Source: Diplonema japonicum (Eukaryota > Protista > Euglenozoa: Diplonemea). Taken from it: 64,000 nt of DNA. Shown here piece by piece: positions 28,041-40,200 of the stretch. A model generated the notes under the pieces. It made no database searches, was not told the origin of the DNA, and saw only the letters and a list, made by a program, of their open reading frames with translations. Numbering within the stretch: position 1 is the stretch's first letter; each line of letters begins with the position of its first letter. Location: contig OZ025669.1 in the NCBI GenBank assembly GCA_964019335.1, forward strand, positions 186,001 to 250,000, in the 5' to 3' direction. A program made the translations under genes and the position numbers.

Positions 28041-28824
28041 CTTACCCGAAACACCTACTGCAGGTTAGATATTGAAAAAAGGAAAAAAAAGAAAATAAGG
28101 AAAACGAAGAATCCGAGAGTGCCGCATACAAAAGGGGGGAAGACGGAAAGATAGGAGAGAGGATAACAAAAAGCATATTTTCTTTTTTTAAAAATGAAAA
28201 TCTTCTTTTTTTTTTTTCCCTAAATTTTATGTCTTGTAATGGATCCATTTCTGCTTGTCTTCAATGGTCTTTGGTCCCTTTTTTTCTTTTTTTTTCTCGA
28301 AACAGTGTTTTGTTCCCTCTTTTCTGAGATCTAAGAAATATACGATCGCAAGAGAAAAAGGGGGAAGAGAAGAGAGAAGAAAGAAGAGGAAAAATAAATT
28401 CGAAACGGCTCAGTAACGTAAGCCTAAAATAAAAAAACCAAGATATAAACGTTTGAAGGCCTGTCGCAACACCTCAGAGATAGGAATGGCATAGTGACAA
28501 GGCACTAGACGTGAGCGGACATCACGTGCTCAGGTTATACCGCCCATTGCCTGGTGTGAGCATGGGGGCAAACCTAAACTACAGCCCCTTCGGGTGTAAC
28601 TTCAGCGAAAAGTCTCCGTCAGGAAGAGGCTTTTTTCTTTCTTTCTTTCATTCATTTTTTTCTCGAATACCAAAATGCAACGAGGTAAGACGTTAGCCAG
28701 AGTAAACCAGCGGGCGTTGAGGGTGGGTTCATTTCAACGTTTTCTTTTAAAAAATTTTATGTACATTTTTTTTTTTTTTTTTTTTTTTTCACCATCCCCC
28801 TTTTTTTCTTTTCCCCTTCCCCGT

Positions 28825-29670
28825 TCAGCAGTCCTTCTTAGTCTTCCCAATGGTAGCAGGATTGCGGTAAGTGCTGAAAATGTAGTCCCAAATCCAGAAA
28901 TTCTCGCCGTAATTCTTCGCCCCACCATCATGGTTGGACAGCTTGTGGTGTGAGTCATGGTGCATGACTGCCGCACGCAGGGGCAAGAACTTCAACGTAA
29001 AAAAGTCCAGCACCCTGGAGTCCAAACCTGAGTGGTTGACGACATTCTCCCCAATACGAAGTATGTTATAGACATAGCCAGTGAGGGGGTGGGGGAGTAC
29101 AATGGCACCCGCAAGGCCGAGGGGAAGCGAGCCTTGCAGAAAAGCATCGATGGGGTTGATACAAATTGCGGAAGTGGGTGATGGGGTGTCGATTGTGTGG
29201 TGGTAGTAATGGCAGTTCTCCCACAGCCACTTGTTGGTGTGCTGGACACGGTGCCCCCAGTACAAGAAGAAGTCCCCCACAAGCTCCATCATGACGAGCT
29301 GGGTGACGAACTCCCACATAGTCGGGAAGAGCGTCTCGGGTGCCGGGTCGTTCATATGCACAACAGCAGCAAGCAGAGCACACCCTATCCCAAAGGGGCC
29401 CATTGTGTTCCACATGCAGTTTCTGACTTGTTCCCAGAAGCTGAACCCCTTCTTTTTATGAGTCTCTGAAAGCGCGTCCTTCCTGCTCCTTCTATCCAGC
29501 GAGCCGTACGAGATCATGCTCCCCTGTGCCCAGCTCTGCTGCACGATGAGCTCCAACACCAACACGGGTACAAGATGTCCGATATTCGACGAGATGTACG
29601 CGCCCACACCATGGGACAGCCATGGGTTGGCCAGCCACTCCCTCAGAAGGTTCTCGTAGTAGTCCGTCAT
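28825..29670 (-). CDS. Sterol desaturase / fatty-acid hydroxylase superfamily membrane enzyme
   Basis: His boxes YWGHRVQH, HYYHH, NHSG, HHDSHH and NYG..WDYIFST; C-terminal KKDC dilysine ER-retrieval signal. ATG 29670. Confidence 0.88.
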   Translation of the reverse strand: MTDYYENLLREWLANPWLSHGVGAYISSNIGHLVPVLVLELIVQQSWAQGSMISYGSLDRRSRKDALSETHKKKGFSFWEQVRNCMWNTMGPFGIGCALLAAVVHMNDPAPETLFPTMWEFVTQLVMMELVGDFFLYWGHRVQHTNKWLWENCHYYHHTIDTPSPTSAICINPIDAFLQGSLPLGLAGAIVLPHPLTGYVYNILRIGENVVNHSGLDSRVLDFFTLKFLPLRAAVMHHDSHHKLSNHDGGAKNYGENFWIWDYIFSTYRNPATIGKTKKDC

Positions 29671-29671
29671 T

Positions 29672-29707
<36 letters not shown>

Positions 29708-30160
29708 GCCTGAGGGGTGCTAGGGGTTTGCGGAGCGTAAAAAAAGAATAAAAAAAGCTTTTGTTTTGTGCGTGCGGGTTGAACCTGAAGATGTTGAGAG
29801 CCGTTTTCCAGCGTACCCCCTTTTGTTAGGGAAGTCAAAGACTCGTTCTTGCAAAAAAAAGAGAAAACAAAACGAGTCATTCGCCCCCCCCGCCACTTCG
29901 ACCCCCAGTTGCGTTCAAAAGAGAAATTCACTAAGTGGACACGCACCGTTCTGCTTTCCGGAGGCTGAGGATGGGCATATGCACCCTATGTCAATGGGGA
30001 TGAGTTAAACTACCCTGAAGAACATCGGGGGTTTTAAAAAACAAAAACAAAAAAAAAAGGCTTTTGGCTGTAGGCTGGAGGTAGATGCCAGCCTTGGTAG
30101 TCACGTGTGTGAGAAAAGTGCAGAAAAGGCTAGGGAAAGAAAAATATAATTAAAAGCAGC

Positions 30161-32038
30161 TTAAAGACCGCCGTACATGTCGCTGAGTACAGCGCACTGC
30201 TGGCGGGATGTCTTCATGATGCCAGGGGGGATGGCGGGGAGGCTAGATTTCGGGGCAGGTTTCGCAGGAGCTCGCGCTACTCTGGAAGGCTTGGCGGAAG
30301 GCTTTGCCGGGCGCGTGACACTATCCCTTTTCGCAGGCTTAGGAGAGGGTGGTGGTGATACGGTGTCAAGGTGCATCGTAGGACTTTTGGACAAGACGCT
30401 GAACGAAAACGAGCAAACAGCAGGTTCATGCGCCACAGGAATCACAGTGCAAGGGAAGTCTTTTTTCTTCAGCGACAAGGTAAGCGACAGCTCGGCATAG
30501 TTGCTAAACTTCAACTTCTCCGGCGTTATTCTCGACTTGCCCGCGCTCTTCACATGCACCCCTTTGCTGTTTCTAAAGGCAGCCGCCGCCATGTAACAAA
30601 CCCCTTTCACACCCTTCTCCGACTTCTGCTTTATGATGACGTGCAGCGTCGCGTCCTCATCGCAGTTGACAACGTACTGTGGTGCGGTGTTAAGTGTTTG
30701 CTTGTTCAGTGTGCCTGTTGCACTGCATTCGTGGTACTCTTTTTCCCAGTTTATTTCCTTGCATTCAAAAGGCTTCGTGGAAACCATGCTCACGGAAAAC
30801 GGAACGTGCACATCGGGGGCGTGTGCCGAGGGCACGACCAAACGCCACGCATTTGACACCGCCACCGTGTTGGCAACTATGTCCCTCTTGTTGCAGAACG
30901 TTGCGTTTGTCAACACATTCATGTTGCCTGTTACAAGATGGCTCGGGTTGGGTTCCTCACCGTCAGGGACCCCCAGCACAGTGGTCCCCAGAAGCTTGTA
31001 CTCGATAGGACCAGACACGATGCCACGCTGCTCGTCCTGTCGGACTGTTATGAACACCTCGCCACTACCGCGAATAGCATACAACGGGTTCTCTTTGAAT
31101 GTGGCGTACTGAGGTGACCCACCTGCCTTCCCTGCCTTCAGTTCAGTGGTGTAATTTGCATGAGTAGCCTTGGCAAGGTCCATAGGAAGACAAGTGTGGT
31201 ATGACTCAAAAAGACCGTCGAACTCCTTCCGCGACAGGTAGAATGTCCCCGTCGTCGGGGGCTTTGGAGAGACAACCGCCTTGACCTTTTTTGTCCAGCT
31301 TTTGGACCCCTCACACCACTGCCCCTTCCAGCTGGACGGCTTTCCTTGCGGGTCCCACAGCTCTACAATGGTCTGCACGCCTTTCGGAGTTTGGATGTTG
31401 TGGACGTTGGTAACGGCGAAGGCGTGGTTACCCGTGATGCCTGTAGTCTTCTTGCTGTGCTTGGAGGATGTCCCTACGATGCTAAGTGCATGTTTGACCT
31501 CGCGGAAGGAGGGCAGGACAGGCAGCCCGGTCATGTCGTAGAAGGCCTCCGCAATGTTGCCACCCATAATGTCCTGGAAACCGCCGTAAAATTTTGCGTA
31601 CGCCTTCTCGAGGATTGCAGGCCAGCTGGCTTCTGTTGTGGAACGCACAAACACAGGCTTACCCTTGTCTGTGAGGGGTATGTTATCGTCGACCACTACA
31701 GCGAAGCGCTTTCCGTCGCGGTAGAACTGCACTGCATACACACCGCACACGTTCACTGTCTTCGTTAGGAACATGTCCTCGATGTACCTTGGGGCCTTCC
31801 TGGTTAGAGCCCCTACTACAGCACACCAAAAACAATCCGGAAATGTTCCTTGCGTGATGTCACCGTTGGCGAACAGCTTCTCTCCTGCCGTGCCCCCTAG
31901 TCTCTTCCACTCTTTACCTTCAATGTAGTCTTGAGGACACCTTTTCCAGAAATTCGCATCGCTCACACCCCGCTTGTCACTCACGATTTTCTCTACCAGA
32001 TCCACCGCCTCCTTTACACCAAGCACGCCGTCAATCAT
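30161..32038 (-). CDS. Calpain-like cysteine peptidase (CysPc plus domain-III-like regions)
   Basis: DITQG..DCF, VVVDDNIP, WPAILEKAYAK, GG..AEAFYDMTG, NHAFAV, LWDPQG, AGGSPQY..NP motifs. Confidence 0.9.
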   Translation of the reverse strand: MIDGVLGVKEAVDLVEKIVSDKRGVSDANFWKRCPQDYIEGKEWKRLGGTAGEKLFANGDITQGTFPDCFWCAVVGALTRKAPRYIEDMFLTKTVNVCGVYAVQFYRDGKRFAVVVDDNIPLTDKGKPVFVRSTTEASWPAILEKAYAKFYGGFQDIMGGNIAEAFYDMTGLPVLPSFREVKHALSIVGTSSKHSKKTTGITGNHAFAVTNVHNIQTPKGVQTIVELWDPQGKPSSWKGQWCEGSKSWTKKVKAVVSPKPPTTGTFYLSRKEFDGLFESYHTCLPMDLAKATHANYTTELKAGKAGGSPQYATFKENPLYAIRGSGEVFITVRQDEQRGIVSGPIEYKLLGTTVLGVPDGEEPNPSHLVTGNMNVLTNATFCNKRDIVANTVAVSNAWRLVVPSAHAPDVHVPFSVSMVSTKPFECKEINWEKEYHECSATGTLNKQTLNTAPQYVVNCDEDATLHVIIKQKSEKGVKGVCYMAAAAFRNSKGVHVKSAGKSRITPEKLKFSNYAELSLTLSLKKKDFPCTVIPVAHEPAVCSFSFSVLSKSPTMHLDTVSPPPSPKPAKRDSVTRPAKPSAKPSRVARAPAKPAPKSSLPAIPPGIMKTSRQQCAVLSDMYGGL

Positions 32039-32322
32039 TGCAATCTGGTGGGACGTTCGGCTAGCACAAAAAAAGAAAACAAATCAAAATTTCACCCACT
32101 GTGGCTAGGGTTGTGTGTGTAGGGGAAATAACGACGGTGCGAAATGCAATCGCATGAAATACGATGCACCTCAGCACCAGAGGGAGGGAGGGGGGGGGGG
32201 GGGGGGGTGCATTCCTTTCAAGAAGAATGCCTTTTAACCGTGCTAAATAATTTGTTAACAATTCTAGTCAGTGGAGACGTCCCTGCAGATGATGCTGTGA
32301 TCCAAGAGCGGTTCGCTCCAAC

Positions 32323-33663
32323 TTACAATGCCGCCAGGACTTCAGGCTTCAGCAGTGGCTCAACTAGTGACGTGTTCTTGAATATTTGAGCACTGTGTCT
32401 AGCAGAACCCCTCCACAGCTTAGGCAAGGCTGCTTGCCAGTGCTTAATCGCGGACTCCTTCACGCCGTAAGGCACAATGGTGGGGTACAACGACAGCTCT
32501 ACATCCTTGTGTGCGGTCTCCTCCTCTGTAGTTGCACCAGTCTTCTGAGTGAGCATATCGGGCATCCTCGTGTGCACCTTCCCCATGATCGCCCAGTGAT
32601 TGGAGGGAATGCCCGTTGCTGCCATCCACACTTTCCGCAGCCTGGCCTCTTCCGATCTAAACGACCTCGGCTGCCAGCATATCGTGGCGGCCAGCCGCTT
32701 CCCATTGCTCCACCCCTGATGGGACAGCCTCGAATCAAACAGCAACAGACTCCCTGCAGGGACGGGCACCCTCCTGAAGTTCTTCTTCGCAAGACCCATC
32801 ATCTTAGCCTTGAAATCCTTGTCCTGCAATTTCAAGTACGGGATGTATTGCCCGGAGGATTCCGAAGCACATGGGTCGGTCATGAGGGACTCGAAGACCT
32901 CCTTGTGGCTCTTTGGCCACACCACGGTGGTGGAGGCCGATGGGCATTCGCTGCCCCACGTGTACAGGATGCCTTGGTAGCACTTGTGCTCGCTTCCGGT
33001 GGCGTTCGTGTTGAAATCCACATGGCCCCAGAAGAGGTCTTCCTTTTTCTGCTTGTGGTGGGCGGGGTTGAAGAATACATTGTCGGTGCCCACCACAAGA
33101 TCATCAGTCCCTTCCAACAGCGAGTACACCTGACGGACGTTTGGGTTCAGACGGGAGCTCCAGGCGTAGAGACCGTGCTGTAGGCCTCTTTTCTCGGAGA
33201 ATTTGTCGTTGAAGAGGTTGCAGGCAGGCCAGTGAGAGGGGCCGTTTTGCTCAATGTCCTTGTAGACCTGACGGACGCATTTGGGGTGGCACGGCGACTC
33301 GCTGTCAGCAGCAAGGGCAAGGAGGTCTGCTTGCCACATGGCTTCGTACTGCGCTACCTGATGCTTCGGTACTACGTTTGTAATGATGGCGACACCGTAC
33401 TCTTCTAACACCTTCTTGAGTCCTGCTGCATTGTCTTCGGCAACTGTGGTCATATCAACTGTGATCTTCTTCACCTCACCGGGCCCCATCATCTTACACT
33501 GTTCGGAGCTAATCCTGTTCTCCTTGGCGTTGTCGTTCGGCTGCGGTACCTCCTTTTCGACTTTCCCTGCTTTCCAATCTGGCCATTCGCTTGAAAGAAC
33601 CCTGCTGTACCTCTCAAAGGCCTCGGATACCTTCTCTGCTGGGACTGGTGCAAATGCGGTCAT
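32323..33663 (-). CDS. PhyH-like 2OG-Fe(II) dioxygenase
   Basis: LEEYGVAII, WGHVD (HxD), YQGIL, TVVWPKSH, VPAGSLLLFDSRLSHQG (distal His), downstream Arg. ATG 33663. Confidence 0.75.
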   Translation of the reverse strand: MTAFAPVPAEKVSEAFERYSRVLSSEWPDWKAGKVEKEVPQPNDNAKENRISSEQCKMMGPGEVKKITVDMTTVAEDNAAGLKKVLEEYGVAIITNVVPKHQVAQYEAMWQADLLALAADSESPCHPKCVRQVYKDIEQNGPSHWPACNLFNDKFSEKRGLQHGLYAWSSRLNPNVRQVYSLLEGTDDLVVGTDNVFFNPAHHKQKKEDLFWGHVDFNTNATGSEHKCYQGILYTWGSECPSASTTVVWPKSHKEVFESLMTDPCASESSGQYIPYLKLQDKDFKAKMMGLAKKNFRRVPVPAGSLLLFDSRLSHQGWSNGKRLAATICWQPRSFRSEEARLRKVWMAATGIPSNHWAIMGKVHTRMPDMLTQKTGATTEEETAHKDVELSLYPTIVPYGVKESAIKHWQAALPKLWRGSARHSAQIFKNTSLVEPLLKPEVLAAL

Positions 33664-34294
33664 TGTGTATTGTTTCAAGCTTTTTCTTTTTTCTTTTTTT
33701 AATGGTTTAGTGGTATAATGGGGGGAAAAGAGTTTCTTAAAGGGGGGTGGGGGGATTAAAAAAAGGGGAAGAAGAGGAAAGTCCCACTTGCTTGTTAAAA
33801 AAAGAACTTTTTTTTTCAAAAAAAAAAAATAATAGATCGGAACGTGTCTTTTTTTTTTTCTTTTCTTCTTTTTTTTTTCTTTGTTGTTATTTTTTTATTT
33901 CTAGTATGTTTTTGTATTCTTTCTGTCTGAAAAAAAAAGGGGGGGGTGGTAAAAAAGAAAAAAAATAGATTTTGTTAAACTTACTGAAGCTTCTTTTTTT
34001 TTCTTTCATTTCCTAAAACGGAGGAACAGAAGAAGAAAAAAAAAGTAACGAGACGCAAAAAAAAAAAAAAACCGAATTGCAACAATTGAAAAAAAAAAAC
34101 ACCGCCTTTGGCCTTCATTCGTGTAAAAGCCCGCTTACACCAAGAGGGGGAAAAAAAAAAGCTCACTTTAAAAAAAAAAAAAGGGGGTCAACCTGAGATC
34201 TAAGAGGTAGTATTAAAAAAAAAAGAAAGGGTCTTCCGTTTTCAGGAATATATTTGAGGGGGGGGGGGGGGGGCTAAATCTTTTCTGTGTACTT

Positions 34295-37200
34295 TTAAAC
34301 AACAAGAGCAAGACCACAGAGAATCCAAGAGTCGATATCGGCAGCGTTGCAAGGGATGGGGAGCTGGCACAAGCATGACTCCCTAGACCTAGTGATGTAC
34401 ACCGGGACGCTAACAGACGGGGTAGTAGGGAGATCTTCTTTTTTGACGAAGCCCAAGGACACATCAGGCATTCTGTACCAAGATGTGTCATCGGTGCTAC
34501 ACTCCTGCAAGCCGTCGTTCACCCATTTTGCACCTTGCACCTGTAGCCCTTCCACTGTGACTGTCAAACCTGCTCCAGCAACGGTCCCTCCCCAATTACA
34601 CAACAATTCCATTCCCACTAAGGGGACGTTGGTAGCCCGTGAGGTCTGCTGTTTTAATGCGTTCAAGAATGTCTCCGGGCGTAGGAGCTCACTCAATTTT
34701 ATTTTTGTGTTTAGAAGACTTCCTGCCTGTGCCCTTTCATGCCACGATGCCAGCGCCACCGCCTTCATGACCAACACCTTCAAGAACGGTTCCGTCTGCT
34801 CCGGGCATTCAAACTGCTGCCATTTCACAGGCACCTCGTTCGCCAAAAGGCTTGTCGCGTCATTCTGCAGCTCCGCCGTGAGCAGCGACACACCCCGTAC
34901 CACCTTGTCGATCCCATTCATGCACACGTCCACCATTTCGATCAAGTCATGTGCCGCCGTCAGCTCATTGTACACGTAGCCCTCCACAGGGCCTGAGTTC
35001 TTCACCTTCTGGTGGCTTCGCTGCAACGCAGTTGCGTGTGGTGTACACATAGTGTTCCACTTCTGGGTGATGGGGCCTAACCTTTCCGCCCATTCCGTTT
35101 TCGACATCTTCGAAACATCCACAATCTCCTTCAGCTTCATCAGATTGTTGAGAATGAGGCGCACCTGTGTGTGTGTGTGGCAAAGCGTCTGAAATACCTT
35201 TTCCCTTTGGACCGTCCTGTCAGCGTTGGCAGGCAAACCGAAGGTGGCAGGATAGTCCATTTCAGGGAGCTGGTTGATCAAGGAAAGGAACTCCTGTGAT
35301 AGCGTGATACGAGCAAGTATGTATACCTGCTGATTGCATGTAGCAGGCACGGACACCCCCTTGGAGATAGGTTGCGGGCGCTTGTTCCCGATGCTCAGTT
35401 TGTCGTCGTTGAAATATTGCCTTTGTGAGGTGTGTTGTGCATGGATGGTGTGCATACTTCAGGTAGGTCACGAGGAGGCGGACATCGAAGTCATTGTCCA
35501 TCCTGCCACCGTAGATGGCATTCTCGAGCACCCCGTAGATAGTGGGCCAGTCGGGTGTGTCGTCGTGTGACTGTGCAGGTGATTGAAGGAGGGTACGGGT
35601 ATACCTGTGCAAGAATGACGTCTGCAGCACTGCGCAAATCAGCTGGACTGAACTCGTAGAACTTCGTCCTGTGTTGGGTGTCAATAACTTCAACTAACCA
35701 CACACCATCCTTGCGGTACGTAAGTGCGCCTCTCCAGAACCAGACCGTGGAACCACGCAAGGTTGAAGAGGATCTGGCACCTGATGGGCGTCTGCTTTGC
35801 GAGGTATTCGGGGCTCCACTGCTCGTAGGTTCGCAGCAGCGACTTCTTAATACCGGGAGGTGCCTCGAAGGTCACCTTCACAGAAGATGTGGCAAGCACT
35901 GTTGGGAAGTGGTCATGGGGCTCCGTGGTGAGCCATAGCCTGAAGTTGGTGTCAGGCTTCAGACTGTTGAGTTCCTTCTCCAGCGCGGGCACCCATGTGA
36001 TGACCAAGTGAAGGTTCTTCAGCAGCAACCACTTGCCCTCAGAAGCACACTTCCTGAGCTGTACGATGGCCTCCTCTGTCTGTCCACCACCCATAGCGAT
36101 CTGCACAAACTTGTTGCGGCCCACCTGATTGAAGGCCATTTCTTCTACTTGAAGCGAAGGGTCGGCACCCGGAGTCGTCACCATGAGAATGGCTTCGGTC
36201 GGCTCCGTGAGGTCCGCATACTGCGACATGTGAATCTCAGGAGGAGTGAGCGAGGGGAGCGACAGCGTCGCGCGCACAAAAGCATCCATCGCGGAGGTCA
36301 ACCTGTCGGGCCTCAGTGTTTGGATTAGGATAAGCTTCTGGAACGGTGTTAGGTCGCTGAGGTGTTCTGGCATGCTCGACTCAGGTGTGGTTGCCTGCAT
36401 CCACTTGTACCATGTGTCAGCTTCACGCTGTGGCTGCAGCTTTGCTTCCAAATTCGGTAGATCGCGCCTGTTGTGTTAGGCGTGAGGTAATGAGGTGAAA
36501 GAAATGACGCATACTTAAGAGCGGTAAAGGCGGTTGCTGAGTCGTGGTCTACCCAGCTTGGTACATCTGTATGGCCGCCCTGTTCGAGTGAGGAGACACT
36601 CAAGAAGAAGGTCCACTCCTTGGGATCGAACAACCTGTGGTTGAGTGGTGTGAGTGTTCTTCGCAGCATACTTGTCATAAGGAGGCGACGAACTCACGCC
36701 TTGCACCACGTGCATGCCGAACAGGAGACGGTCGTCCTGAAGCGTTTGGATGTTGATGAAAGTTAACATACCTTGAACAGACCACGCGACACCAACATGA
36801 AAATCTCCTTAAGAAGGCACTCGCTGAGGTTCTTGATTTTTTCCTCGGGTGTGGTTGCTCCTTGCGTATCGGAAAGGACCTAAGAAAAGGTTTGATTGTT
36901 GTTGTTTTGACAAATACCTGTCCAAAAGACTTAACAAACTGCGGCAGCCCGAACTGGTACATGTGGTTGACACGCGGCAGGTCAGATACAAGGAAGAAGA
37001 GCTTTGATCCCAATTTTGCGAAGGGTCTGTAGATGTTCCTCTCCTTGTCCATCTGCGCGGTGTCCTCGTTCAGCTTCGTGACCGCCTCGCTGATCTCAGC
37101 AGCAGATGTCTTGATCTTCGTCAAGGCCTCTACCAGCGACGTGTTCTCCAGGAGGGAACCCTCCGCCTGCGACAGCTGCAACAGCAGCTTCTCTTCCAGA

Positions 37201-40200
37201 CTAGCGAGCTCCGATTTGTAAGAGTCCTCTTTTTCAAGGTTGCTCTGCTTTCGCTTCTCGAGCTCTGGCTGTTCGTGGTTAATAGTGATCCCGAGGAGTT
37301 GCCCCTCGAGACCCTCTCGGGTGATGGAGAAGTTGACCTCGCTGGTGAGGGCGGCAGCATCAGGTGGAAGGACGAGGTCGGACTGCCTAGTCACTAGGTA
37401 GAGCTTAAAGGTGTCTTGCCAATCGACCAGCTTGTCGCCGAGGGGAACCACCTTCTTCGGTCCTTGAGAGATAAGATCTCTTCGCATGATGGGGTACAGC
37501 ATGGAGTCAATCCCGTCGCACTCCGACACAACAAGTGTCTTCCCGAATCTCACAGCAAGCTCAAGTGTGTGCGCGAACCTCTCATCCGCGGGTGTGGTGT
37601 ACTCCGTGTGCACATCTGTTCTCCTGTTCAAATGTTCCCGCAGCCACTTCGTTGCCTGGGATGCAGGATCGATGAAGAGCGGAGTCTGGTTAGCATCAAG
37701 CAACATGATAGCATTCTGCATCGACAGTTCATCGGCAGGAAGGCCCTCCGACTTGTACTGCAGGATGTCTCTCTCGCGCCTCATGAACCTCGTGAAAGAG
37801 AAGGTGTCCGTGTATCCAAGGTTCTCACGCCACTCGTTGATCTTCTCTTCTCTGATGTCCTCGGACGACTTTGTCAGGTACGTCAGGAAGCCTGCTGCCA
37901 TGAGACACCGCTTGGGGAGCTCTTGGAAATCCTTGTTGATGTCCGCTACTTGGTTGGCCCATCGCACATTCTCACCACCCAGCTTACCAAGAAGCTCCTT
38001 CGCCGATGCAAGCATACCTTCCGCCTTTAGCACCCCTTCTTGCAAAGAGCTCGCCTGAGCGGTTTTCATAGTGAAGTTCTTTCTCAGCTCCTCGACTTTA
38101 TCTTCCAGTTTTGTGATGCTCTTCTCCGCCTTTTTCAGCTTTGATTCCGCCGATTTCAACTTGTCTTGTGCGGCGTCGAGTTCGGTCTGCAGGGGTTGCA
38201 CCTTTTCTAGCACACTTGAGTACTCAATCTGTGCACGCACCCAACCTGCAAGAGGTGCCGCTGCGACAGAAACACGCACAATGACCTCATGTTTGAAGGA
38301 CTGCGGTTTCTGATCTAGGAGCTTCTTAACGCTGTCACGCACCTCTTGGCTGATCTGCCGGGCATCGAAGTTCAGGATCTGTTCCTTCACACCACGGGAT
38401 CCTAAGAACTTCTTCATCGACACCCATGTAGTGTCCTTGTTGCCCATGAGACTGAGAACACCCTCCAGCACATCGACAATGGCGATTGGGGGCTTGGGCA
38501 GCGACCTAATCTCGTGAAGGTGGTCTTGGTTGATCTGCCCCACCGCTTCTTTGGCTGCCTCTAGGATAGGCTTGATCTGTGCGATCTCCTTTTCGATCTC
38601 TGACTTCCTCTTTGCGATGTCTACCTGCTCCTTGCTTAGGCTCGCCTTCAGCGTCTCAGCACTTCCCTTGTGTTTACCAGCTTCCTCCATCTTTTGCTGG
38701 ATTTCTGTCAGAGCAACATCGGCTTCCTTTTGTTTCTCCCCCAAAACATGCTTTTTCTCCTCGGCCTCCTTTTTCAGCACGTCGACGTTTGTCTCCGCCT
38801 CCTGCAGCTTGGCAAGACCGTTCTGCAGTCTTGTGCGCATTTCTTCGTAAGAGTTGACCTTCCCAAACCACACCCTTTTGAAGTTTTCAAGGAAGTAACG
38901 GAACACCCTCGGGGTACTCTGAGAGCCCATGCCCGCGTGCAGCTTCAGAGTCTCACCTGGCAAGTCAAATACAATGCCCAGAGCCCTCGGGGAACCCACT
39001 TCGTTTTCGGGCTCACCCCCATCCTTCTTCGGCTGCAGCTCCTTAACGATCTCCTTCAGTATGGTGTCTGGGACGCGCTTCATGCCGCTGGTGCTCCAGG
39101 TGCCCATCCACAGCACCTGAGCCCGAGTGTACAGAGACGGGTTCGACTGACACCTGTACTCGTACTTGGGGTTCGTGTGATCCATCGACACTGCAAAGTG
39201 GAGGTACTTCCTAATGCGCGAGATGAAGAAGTTGTAGACGCCACCGAAGAAGCCCTCGTTCGAAGCCTCTTCTTTCAGAGGGGCCAGCAAGGGGTCCAAC
39301 TCCTCTGGGGTGAAAAGCCCCGGGGACTCACCCCCTGCTAGCAGTGAGTTGATGATCTCCAGGAAACCAGTGTCCACAATGTTGTGATCCTCGATAAACA
39401 GCACACAGTGCTCGCCCTGCACGCCGGCCACCGTCACGATGTTCTTGATTTCCGTCTTGAATTCACGCATCCCATAGTCGCGCGTCATCTTCAGCTCGAA
39501 CAGCTGCATCCTCAGAGCATAGGCACACAGGAACACAACCTCCCTCCTCCCGACACCCGACCTGCCGCAAAGGAGCATGGAGCCACCATCCGTGGACAGC
39601 ACCCTGTCAACACGCGCAATCCACCCTAGGATCTCAGGCAGCAGCACAATGTCCAGGGATTTGATCTCGCGCTCGTGCTGCAGGAGACATGTTGAAACCT
39701 GCTTCTTGTAGTCTTTGTATTCTACGGATTGCAAGATGCCTCGTGTCAACCACGACGTGAAGAATCTATCTCCTTCCCTCTCTCTCTTGGTGTATCCCAT
39801 TACGGATGAGAGGTGCTCTCCCAGCAGGTCGTTCACCCGCTTTCGGTTCTCCGTCTTCGTCAGCCTGTCTGCGAAGATGCGCTGCCCCTCGTAGTACACC
39901 ACGTCGGCCAAGTCGTTATTCTCAAGGTCGTAACGCAGGAGGTTGATGACCCATGCCGTCAGGTCGCGAGGGTTGAAAACGTAGTGCGACGCGTCATCGA
40001 CGGTCCACCTCTTCTTCACTTCCGCGTACACCTGACACATGACACGAGAAAGGTCTGACCCTCTACCACCCCCACTCTTCTGAAGCTTGGGAGACGAAAG
40101 GAGTGTCTGCAGATACTCCGTGTAGATGAGGTTGAGAGACTCTTTATCCGGGTACGCTACAGACAGAACAGAGATGATGGCAACGAACCGAGGTGCAAGG

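Noticed and set aside
29925-30110. Possible ncRNA (U3/snRNA/CD-like boxes, hairpin aggctgg/ccagcct)
   Set aside because: Only partial box matches on conflicting strands; no family can be supported.
34295-36991. Apparent frameshifts or pseudogenisation of dynein, kinase and BILBO1
   Set aside because: Each break is repaired by a short GT-AG intron that restores conserved motifs; no recoding needed.
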